Positions 38,701 to 45,001 of a stretch of DNA of 64,000 nt are shown in pieces (within the stretch, counting starts at the first letter, position 1; every line of letters begins with the position of its first letter). The notes under the pieces were generated by a model. The model saw nothing but the letters and a program-made list of their open reading frames with translations. It was not told where the DNA came from and did not search any database. The position numbers and the translations under genes are program-made. The stretch covers positions 1 through 64,000 of the IMG/VR virus record IMGVR_UViG_3300036985_005327; one strand, written 5' to 3'. Source of the stretch: a virus.

Positions 38701-39640
38701 TCTCGGTCTTCTCAGTGGATTACTGGACACAGACGGAACAGTATGCAGCGTAAAAGCCAAAGCAAAGAACAAGCCCCAGATTATGGCCACGTACCATACC
38801 GTATCTCGTAACCTAGCGGTGGACGTATCCACGCTGCTATGCCTTTTGGGAATCAAGTCCCGGATACACCCCTACACCAAAAAAGAGAGTCCGGGGCAAG
38901 AGTATTACAACGTTGTGATATCTGTCCCAGACCTACAAAAGGTTGCAGGACAACTCCAGTGCGCTACAGAGTCTAAAGCCCGAGTGCTCAAAGAACTGTC
39001 TAACATCACTTTTGACCCGAGTGCTCCTGAGAATGCTCGGTGGGACATGCTCCCAATCTCTGGAGCTACGATCCAGGCGATTCGCAGTGTACAAATTTTA
39101 TCGACTAGTTCGTGTGAGTATGTCGCACTAACAAAAGCGGTGAAGCTAAATAGAATTTCTCGTGGCGTTTTGAACAAAATACGAGAACAACTCGGAGATG
39201 ATTTAGTTAAGGACGTCTGTGGTGCTGCGTGGTTTAAGAACGTTACTAACGAAAACATCATCTGGGACTTTATCGAAACAGTAGTTCCGCTTGATGAACG
39301 ACAGACTGCTTGGGACATCACAGTTCCTGATGGCTGTACGTTCATGACCAGCGAGCAAATCGTTGTTTACGACACCATGATGATTCACACCCCGGTGTCA
39401 AACGCGGCGATTGAAGACGTCAAGAAAATGACGCTCTCGAACACGCTGTACGGAGACAAATCACACAGCGACCTCTTTGTTGTGCCGCGTCACGAGTCAA
39501 CAATGGGTATCACGCATGCTAGTGGTTTAGACGACCACAACAAGCCAATTCACTTTGCGACACAAGCCGATGCTATGAAGGCGTACCACGACAGTAAAAT
39601 TACTCTAGGTACCCGCGTAACGATTGGCGAGCAAAAGTGA
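32750..39640 (+). CDS. rpoBC: Multisubunit RNA polymerase, fused beta + N-terminal beta', containing two inteins
   Basis: beta motifs QTNP..LGEGG, RTPES, GDKL|SGNFGNKGVVS, GRINPAQ; beta' motifs KPEKGGLFD, NRAPTLHR, catalytic NGDYDGD. About 1452 aa after splicing. Confidence 0.93.
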   Translation: MTQDIQPFLVSADIKREHIRNKVVEGIQESFPIKSRSKTIHVSDITVQNKDYSPSDQKTAIMEGNSLFEHVKGTITVRDNATGEISDKIKNFTLAKVPWFTPRHTLIVGGNEYSVASMVRPKTGVYARKRANGILEANFNMQGASNFNVTMDPEQGEMQIEYGASKIPLYPILTRAGLTHEDISTAWGKDLADKNRQMAPKNASGVVDRLYNKVVPIYGRDVLKLTTPEDKVKEIFNRYSKATMDPEVNKVTLGMPYSSVTPHVILDASKKVLKIFKNSDEVDDRDNLDFKALYGIDDFFKERIKLDARDIARKASIKIEAKKDLRHAVQSAPFTPGLLKFINTSRLVSVPTQTNPMELIDSSMRITSLGEGGISSERAIPMEARMIHPTQIGAIDPMRTPESFQAGVDVRAAMMLHKDKQGNIYVPMYDVKNGKKLVFIRAGQIQNNVVAFPQQKLEGQVDALVNGVTRKVSASTVQYQIPHSSVMYSPATNLIPFMESNQGNRIIMGSKYQTQALSLVDRDVPNVQSISQTGKPMVTVMAETINPKSPVDGLITEIDKDYIRIKPDTGKGVVSVHYETNFPLAAKSFLHHTLNVRVGDHVKQGQMLANSNYTKDGQLALGKNLTVAYMPYRGANSNDAVVVSEGAAKKLTSEKMYKIIVARDVDMTFNKDKHQVYYGHEYKRDQYGLVDADGVVKKGAKLNAGDPVIFGLRQSTMTPDDILLGRLHKSLIKPFRNASEIWDHNHTGEVVDVVKTPKRIAITIKVKEPVVVGDKLCYAVNTDILTTTGWKPVEKVTVSDVCYTLNTEGVIELHNPTNVHAYPHGEEMYELKSQQVDLRVTANHSLLVELRGTKTFNLIEARDVIGKRVRHRKDGVWSCGTTPKFFELPILEILETGKGCKKSQKAANRHAPIQMLDWLEFLGIYLANGSTTIFNRKDRNGAVEHIVQLSSDYGQIHSISGDQYAWIQEVIERCGFYYQAIPKGFLIKSKQLACYLSQFGKAPDKYVPQEIFTYGIDASDKLLVGLLGCDGSRTPSGSLVYSSVSRTLIDDVQRLCLHRGWSANFKISPRTNYPETWNTCYRAQVVQSKNRPQVNHGHSKTQSGQSERLFTSEEPVYGLTIPNHTLYVRRNGKPVWSGNSGNFGNKGVVSEIIPDEHMIKDESGKPIDIIVTSAGVVGRINPAQILEAAVGKVAAKTGKPVLVENFSSRDNVQYAKDLLKKHGVKDKETVFDPITGKTIPSVFVGNGYYFKAFKSTDVNYSARNIGSYDANLQPTKGGDASSKALGMMEFGALVGHNARNVLLEASTLKSQKNDEFWRALQMGYPTPPPKTSFAADKFMNMLVGAGVKVTRTGSKIALGPLTDHDTMKMSAGEILEPKLVRAKDLKPEKGGLFDPGITGGLKGDRWAHIDLAEPIVNPIFEEPVRRFLGMTGTKLTETIHNQGAGYLKTELNKIDLDKKQAELEDKSKKAKGSDLDSIVKQLKYIKSLKSLNLIPGDAYIISKIPVVPPLVRPVIPGKGGQELIYGDINPLYRDLLFVNNQLKEVKKAGTMPFEEAKLRPMLHQAVGAVYGVNDPVTTKSLARGHKGFLTYIAGAGSPKYGYFQSKLMKKTQDVAGRGTIVPDSNLGIDEVGLPEDMIWTMYEKFLIRRLVQQGYAPLEAQEMIKARHPLAKEAFMREIKERPVMMNRAPTLHRFNITGAFPVPVAGQTIRVNPFVEIAQNGDYDGDCADCTLEYAICIAGKYVLQSLHIGDFPHNKETKKVTGNKELYEVPANTFVFGYSEKNQRVQLCEVTHFSVHHDLEMVNATLTSGRSVKVSRDHSMFGMNPETGELSRFKAEEGIGWGTPKPRQLFVEQKRDYLTDHCDAPDLENVPMDFNLGWVLGAWAGDGWVGHSNDSPNQVCLAKVDPLVRHTFTQRMFRYKEDASLREYSATHDYGGGEYTSTKIHINNTKLAKWFSGVTEGIRGSHNKKLPSWFMHGKEDFLLGLLSGLLDTDGTVCSVKAKAKNKPQIMATYHTVSRNLAVDVSTLLCLLGIKSRIHPYTKKESPGQEYYNVVISVPDLQKVAGQLQCATESKARVLKELSNITFDPSAPENARWDMLPISGATIQAIRSVQILSTSSCEYVALTKAVKLNRISRGVLNKIREQLGDDLVKDVCGAAWFKNVTNENIIWDFIETVVPLDERQTAWDITVPDGCTFMTSEQIVVYDTMMIHTPVSNAAIEDVKKMTLSNTLYGDKSHSDLFVVPRHESTMGITHASGLDDHNKPIHFATQADAMKAYHDSKITLGTRVTIGEQK
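35078..36166 (+). mobile_element. Intein 1 (363 aa) with LAGLIDADG homing endonuclease, in RNAP beta
   Basis: Starts CYAVNTDILT after GDKL and ends VWSGN before Ser; contains FLGIYLANGS and LVGLLGCDGS. Confidence 0.88.
37931..39373 (+). mobile_element. Intein 2 (481 aa) with LAGLIDADG endonuclease, directly after the catalytic NGDYDGD
   Basis: Starts at Cys; block B VSRDHSM; VLGAWAGDG and LSGLLDTDG; block F AWDITV; ends IVVYD before Thr (TMMIHTP). Confidence 0.85.
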
Positions 39641-41088
39641 ACAAGCAAGACGTTCTAGACTACTACACTACCCCGCATATTCAGGATGCTTTACTCCGTA
39701 ATTTTTATGGAGACGAAGCCCTGACGCTCGTGCAGCATGAAGAAGGGAAACCTTTTTATCGTAGGAATCTAGACGGGAATCCAATCAAGCTGAACAACCA
39801 GGGGCAGCTTAAACGGCTACTGGACCAGCGTACAGTTGAATTTCATCCGTCGATTGGGAAGACCACGAACGTCGTGTGGGTGGATATCGATCCAGGGAAA
39901 GATGTCACAACCCATAATCTTAAACCAATCGTAAAGCAAATCGACACAATCCTAAAGGGGATGCCTGAAGTGACACGAACGTCGCTGGCGTTCTCGGGGG
40001 GTCGGGGGTTCTATGTTCGAGGTCATCTTAAAGAAGAGATGGCTACGGACGAGGTACAGAAACTCCTGGACGAGAAGCTGAAGAAGCTGACCGTGAGTGA
40101 CCCCAAGTTGGTTATGGCTCCTCCGCAGTCTCTTCAGGTACGTCTCGACACCTCGACGCTTCATAACAAAGGTTCTATTCGTGGTTTGTACTCCTTGAAC
40201 TCTGAGACAGGATTGGCGTCAGTGCCTCTTAAAAGGCACGAGCTCAATGACTTCAATCCAGACACAGACGCTAATCCAAAAAGATTAATGGAAGCGGAGT
40301 TCGCTCCAGGGATACCACGTGACAAAAGAACTCATGACATTCCCACCCTTGCAGGAGCTGCTTGGACCATGTCAGTGCAGCAGCATGACGCGGTTAAAGC
40401 GGGTCCTCACTGGGATCTTCGGCTCATTGACCCGGACACGAGTCACGCGCACTCATGGGCTATCCCAAAAGCAAAGTTTCCTGAAGCAGGAGGAAAACCC
40501 CTGCTTGCTATACAGACCCCTACGCACACATCTGATTATGCTCTCCAATTTGGAGAGAGCGGGCCTCAGCAAATACATTCGGGATACGGACGTGGCTCTG
40601 TTGAGATCAAACACAAAGAACCTATAACGGTTTTGTCGTCTAGGCTAGATAGTCTAAAATTCGAACGAACCGTAGGTGATGCTAAAAAAGAGCGGTATGC
40701 TCTAGTTCGAACAAACAAGGACAAGTGGCTCATGCGAAATATCACTGAGAAAGTTGCTTCGTCGTTTTACTGGCAGGGCTACTTTGATACGCTCTACAAG
40801 TTAGGTGCTGAAGAGGTGAGCGGTATCGACCAAGGTCAGTCCGGTAACGCGTCTACTACAGAGTCGGGTCGCCCTATTCCTAGCAACGACGAGAACACAG
40901 GTGCGGGACAGTTAGCCGCAGTGTTTAACGAGATGAACGTAGACGGCGAGGGTGGAGAAGTTCAAGCAGACGGAACGGGCAACAAGGTAGACAAACACCT
41001 CGAGCGTCCCTCTGAGTGGGGCAATCCGTTCTCCGTGGGAACCATGAGCGGGTCTTCACCGATCATTCCGGGTGGCGGCGGTAACTGA
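39637..41088 (+). CDS. LigD-like primase-polymerase + 3'-phosphoesterase protein (no ligase domain)
   Basis: WVDIDPG and FSGGRGFYV AEP motifs; QQHDA..HWDLRL, SWAIPK, HTSDY and GYGRG PE motifs; GTGA overlap with the RNAP gene. Confidence 0.85.
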   Translation: MNKQDVLDYYTTPHIQDALLRNFYGDEALTLVQHEEGKPFYRRNLDGNPIKLNNQGQLKRLLDQRTVEFHPSIGKTTNVVWVDIDPGKDVTTHNLKPIVKQIDTILKGMPEVTRTSLAFSGGRGFYVRGHLKEEMATDEVQKLLDEKLKKLTVSDPKLVMAPPQSLQVRLDTSTLHNKGSIRGLYSLNSETGLASVPLKRHELNDFNPDTDANPKRLMEAEFAPGIPRDKRTHDIPTLAGAAWTMSVQQHDAVKAGPHWDLRLIDPDTSHAHSWAIPKAKFPEAGGKPLLAIQTPTHTSDYALQFGESGPQQIHSGYGRGSVEIKHKEPITVLSSRLDSLKFERTVGDAKKERYALVRTNKDKWLMRNITEKVASSFYWQGYFDTLYKLGAEEVSGIDQGQSGNASTTESGRPIPSNDENTGAGQLAAVFNEMNVDGEGGEVQADGTGNKVDKHLERPSEWGNPFSVGTMSGSSPIIPGGGGN

Positions 41089-42893
41089 TGACAACCGAGG
41101 GAACTCCTTTTGGTCAGCATTTGATTAATGAGCTTATGCCTGAAGGGTATAAGTTCAAAGGTCAAATAACAGGTAAAGATTTCACGGGAACAATGACCCG
41201 GTTATCAAAAACTGACCCGCACACGTACGCTCAAATTGTGGGTAACGTGAAACGGTTAGGCGACCACCTTGCTACCACGGAAGGTCTCTCGGTTGGGCTT
41301 GATGATATCGCTCCTGACTACGCTGAGCGCGCTCCGTTAATGGCTCAGGTATCTGCAAAGTTCCATAAGGCAAAAACAGATAACGAGAAGCGCACAGTAT
41401 TAGAAGACGCGCACCAGGGTTTCAAAGATTTGGCTATGCGTCATCCAGGCACTATGACGCAGCAGGTTGCCTCAGGTTCTCGCGGTAAACCAAACCAGTA
41501 TATGAAAATCGTAGCTTCTCCTGTGTACGGAAGAGACGGGCGTGGGAGAGTAGAACCTTGGTTAATCCGTAAGTCCTATTCAGAGGGGATGTCGCCAGCG
41601 GACAACTGGGTTGTGAGTAGCGAAGCCATTCTTGATACTATCAAGTCAAGCACATCAGTGTCTGAACCCGGTGAGCTCTCTAAGATTCTGGTCAGTAACA
41701 TGAACAACATTCTAATTACTGAGCAGGACTGTGGGACGCATAACGGTATACTGATGGACCCTCGCGACTCAGACGTTGTTGACCGCTATCTGGCGCGTGA
41801 CGTGGGTGCCTTTAGGCGTAACACCTTGATTACGCCGAACGTGCAGCCTTCTTTGTCCAAAGCGTCTTCGGGAAAGATCCTGGTTCGTTCTCCTATGACC
41901 TGTGAAGCGAGTGACGGCGTTTGCCAACACTGCCAAGGTCTTAACGAGAAGGGAAGAATGCACGACATCGGGACAAACGTAGGTGTGCGTTCGGCTCAAG
42001 CTATGGCTGAGCCACTGACGCAGCTTGCTCTGTCTGCTAAGCACGGAGCGAACACGGCATCTTCCGGGAGAATGCAGTTGCAAGGACTCTCTGGTTTTCG
42101 ACAGGCCATCGAGTCTCCCAACCTTTTTATGCACAAGGCCACGCTGTCTACTCTTAACGGCCAAGTGACCAAGGTAGAAAAAGCCCCTCAAGGAGGACAC
42201 TTTGTTCACGTGGGTGACGTGTCCCACTACGCTACTCCAGGTCTGGGCCTGAAAGTAAAAGTTGGCGATTCCGTTGAACAAGGGGATGCCCTGAGCGACG
42301 GGATTCCCAAACCAAACGAGGTAGTCAAGTACAAGGGCCTGGGGGCTGGTCGAGTTTACATGGTAAATACCCTGCGTGGAATTTACAAAGACCAGGGGAT
42401 CAATATTGACCAGCGCCACTTTGAGCTATTAGCTCTGGGTGAGTTGAACCATGTCCGAATTTTGGACGATCCTGGTAAGAATTTTCTCAAAGGAGACGTT
42501 GTTCGCTACAACAACCTGAAGTCTGCGTTGTCTCAAGGGATCAAACAGATGAGTCTCTCTGATGCTCTGGGGGAGACGTTAGGTAAAGAGTACTTTCATT
42601 TTTCTGTGGGTATGCGCGTAACGTCTTCAATGGTAGATTTTCTTAAAGCCCACGGAGTTAAGGAAGTTTTTATAGCTCCCAGAGCTCCCCAAGTTGAATT
42701 CGTAATGAAGCCAGCTACACGTGCTCCGTTGTACAACCCCGATTGGATGGCTCGGCTAGCACACAGAAACTTAAAAGTTACACTGCAGCAAGCAGCCCAC
42801 TTTGGGGAAATATCCGACGTACACGGTTCTTCGCCTATTCCGGCCTATGTTTTAGGTACTGAATTTGGAAAAGGCGAAAAGGGAAAATACTAA
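41088..42893 (+). CDS. rpoC: RNA polymerase beta' C-terminal part
   Basis: SGSRG, DCGT, RSPMTC..GVCQHC, NVGVRSAQAMAEPLTQL trigger-loop region, RHFEL. Confidence 0.9.
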   Translation: MTTEGTPFGQHLINELMPEGYKFKGQITGKDFTGTMTRLSKTDPHTYAQIVGNVKRLGDHLATTEGLSVGLDDIAPDYAERAPLMAQVSAKFHKAKTDNEKRTVLEDAHQGFKDLAMRHPGTMTQQVASGSRGKPNQYMKIVASPVYGRDGRGRVEPWLIRKSYSEGMSPADNWVVSSEAILDTIKSSTSVSEPGELSKILVSNMNNILITEQDCGTHNGILMDPRDSDVVDRYLARDVGAFRRNTLITPNVQPSLSKASSGKILVRSPMTCEASDGVCQHCQGLNEKGRMHDIGTNVGVRSAQAMAEPLTQLALSAKHGANTASSGRMQLQGLSGFRQAIESPNLFMHKATLSTLNGQVTKVEKAPQGGHFVHVGDVSHYATPGLGLKVKVGDSVEQGDALSDGIPKPNEVVKYKGLGAGRVYMVNTLRGIYKDQGINIDQRHFELLALGELNHVRILDDPGKNFLKGDVVRYNNLKSALSQGIKQMSLSDALGETLGKEYFHFSVGMRVTSSMVDFLKAHGVKEVFIAPRAPQVEFVMKPATRAPLYNPDWMARLAHRNLKVTLQQAAHFGEISDVHGSSPIPAYVLGTEFGKGEKGKY

Positions 42894-42895
42894 AC

Positions 42896-43510
42896 ATGAC
42901 GCCGTTTGAATCAGGTTGGGACGATGTTATTTCGGCGTTGGGTCTTACTAAAACAGCGTTGGCTGTACCCCCGGCTGCAGCGTCTCAATTGGCAGGCAAG
43001 GCGATGTCTACAGGCGTGAACGCCGCGACTAAGACCCCTTGGTACACTTCTGTGCGTAAAGGCGCGATAGGAGAACCTATCAACTTTGGTAAAGAATTAC
43101 TGTCAGGTAAAGCCTTTACGCGCGAAGGTATGATGTACGATGGCTTTCGAGCTAGGTCCACTATGGACAAAGCATTGCTGTATGGGTTGCCCGCATTCAT
43201 GGGGTATCAGACCATGAAAAGCGATGCCCCTGATAAAGCGCAACAGATGGGTGGTTTGGTTGCTTCTACTTTGGGTACGAACGCTCTCTTCCGACCTTTT
43301 GGTATGCTCGGAAGTATGTTAGCGTACCCAGCATTAGATAGAATAGGACGTGGAGCGGTGAACGTAGCTCAAAAAGCCACGGGAACATTCGGTCAATCCG
43401 ATGCTCAAAATCCGTACGCTTCATTCCAAAGAAAGCAACAACAACCCCAGCAACAACAGCAGCAACAACCTCAGCAATTTCAAAGAAGAGACTACGGTAG
43501 TCTCACTTGA
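42896..43510 (+). CDS. Hypothetical virion protein with hydrophobic G/A segments and poly-Q tail
   Basis: N-terminal FESGWDDVISALG..KTA; possibly an ejection-type protein (inference). Confidence 0.6.
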   Translation: MTPFESGWDDVISALGLTKTALAVPPAAASQLAGKAMSTGVNAATKTPWYTSVRKGAIGEPINFGKELLSGKAFTREGMMYDGFRARSTMDKALLYGLPAFMGYQTMKSDAPDKAQQMGGLVASTLGTNALFRPFGMLGSMLAYPALDRIGRGAVNVAQKATGTFGQSDAQNPYASFQRKQQQPQQQQQQQPQQFQRRDYGSLT

Positions 43511-43556
43511 TATTTAGTCGTACACTTGTGAAAGGTACGCTAGGAGGAAACGTTTC

Positions 43557-43946
43557 ATGCTCACTGCTCTTATGTTGAAACAAGCCTACGCTCATGGAGC
43601 AGCCTCTGCTCTTCGTGAGGTCGGGTATCCGCTACAAACGGCGCATAACATTAGCGTTAAGTTAGCAGAAGAAGCTATGAGCGCCTCCCCGCAACCCGTG
43701 ATGCCGCAGGAGATGCAACCCGAGATGCAGCCTGGAATGCAGACCGAGGAAGTGCAGCCCGAGAGACACCTCTTAGGCCCCAACCCCGGAATGCAGGAAC
43801 AGCAGGAATCTCCTGATGTCGGAAGCCTAGTCGAAAGCGGAGGGTTGGGCGTTCCTCAATCCCCTGAAATGCAAGAACAAGAAGCCCCTCCTGAGGCGTA
43901 CGCAGATGCCACCAACGACGACATCTACGGCGCGCTTAGCGAGTAA
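43557..43946 (+). CDS. Hypothetical head protein with QPEM-like repeats
   Basis: AGGAGG RBS; KQAYAHGAASALREVG; Q/P/E/M-rich. Confidence 0.6.
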   Translation: MLTALMLKQAYAHGAASALREVGYPLQTAHNISVKLAEEAMSASPQPVMPQEMQPEMQPGMQTEEVQPERHLLGPNPGMQEQQESPDVGSLVESGGLGVPQSPEMQEQEAPPEAYADATNDDIYGALSE

Positions 43947-43968
43947 CGTACTAAAAGGAGTCAACACC

Positions 43969-44889
43969 ATGGGTCTTTTGAAGAGAGCACATGTTCGCGG
44001 TCTTAACTTTGGCCTGATGAAGAACGGGCTGGTATCTTACCCGTCTATCAAGTGGGCTAACGAAGCCGCTGACGCTGTCGCAGACGAAATTCCGGAAGAG
44101 GCTGCTCCGGAAGTGACCGATGACGCTGGCATGAGTGCCAACGAAGTCGCGCCGATCCTCCAGAAACTCGTCGAAGTGGCTCAAGCGATTGCCGCCAAGA
44201 CCGAAGCCCCAATGGACGAGAACCTGAACAAGGTCTCTGCGGACCAGAGCCTCGATCTCACGAAGCTGGCGTACGCGATGGCTGAGCGTCTGATCTATAA
44301 GGCCGCTCTCGAGTCGGGCACCACGAACCCCGGTTCGGGTCCTGCCACGCACGAGCAGGTCTTTGTCGAAGGTGAGACCGACGCCGAGAAGAATCCGTCT
44401 TCGGCTGTGACGGGTCCGAAGGGTTCTTCGTCCCTCGACACCAGCGCTGGTGTCGTCGGCGCGCAGACCGTTCGCCCTGACCAACCGGGCACGCAAGATT
44501 CCCCGGCTCCGACGACGCTCGCGGATGTGAAGATCTCTTCCTTCCTACAGAAGCTGTCGAAGGACGGTACGCTTCCCCAGTCGGGTGGTCGTACGGACCT
44601 CGCCACGAACGCGAACCTGAAGGGCACCGTGGTTCCCCAGGGCACGACCAACGCCAAGACGCCGCACACACCTGTCCCGCTCCAGCGGAACCCGGCCGCT
44701 CCGCAGCCCCCGGTGAGTAACGAGATTCAGGCGGATGTGAAGAAGACGGCGGAACAGCTACTCTCGACTGAGGAAGGTCGCCAGATCCTGCTCAACCTTC
44801 ATGCTCAGCAGCAGAAGCAGGCGAGTCAAGAGGAAGTCGTGGACGTCGCGACGAATATCCTTTTGAACGCCCTCAAGTCCGTTCGCTGA
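43969..44889 (+). CDS. Hypothetical head/scaffold-like protein
   Basis: AAGGAG RBS; C/G-ending codon bias; low complexity; K-x-A motifs. Confidence 0.65.
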   Translation: MGLLKRAHVRGLNFGLMKNGLVSYPSIKWANEAADAVADEIPEEAAPEVTDDAGMSANEVAPILQKLVEVAQAIAAKTEAPMDENLNKVSADQSLDLTKLAYAMAERLIYKAALESGTTNPGSGPATHEQVFVEGETDAEKNPSSAVTGPKGSSSLDTSAGVVGAQTVRPDQPGTQDSPAPTTLADVKISSFLQKLSKDGTLPQSGGRTDLATNANLKGTVVPQGTTNAKTPHTPVPLQRNPAAPQPPVSNEIQADVKKTAEQLLSTEEGRQILLNLHAQQQKQASQEEVVDVATNILLNALKSVR

Positions 44890-45001
44890 TATTCGTTTCT
44901 TCCTTCCGGCAATAATTGACATATAATTCAAGACGAAACCAAATAGAGCACGCTTTCGTGTTCTGAGAACTTGGTACTCGTTAACAGGACAGGTTCAAAC
45001 A

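Noticed and set aside
32750-42893. Bacterial chromosomal rpoBC locus
   Set aside because: No ribosomal protein genes nearby; the subunits are reduced and rearranged and flanked by portal and head genes.
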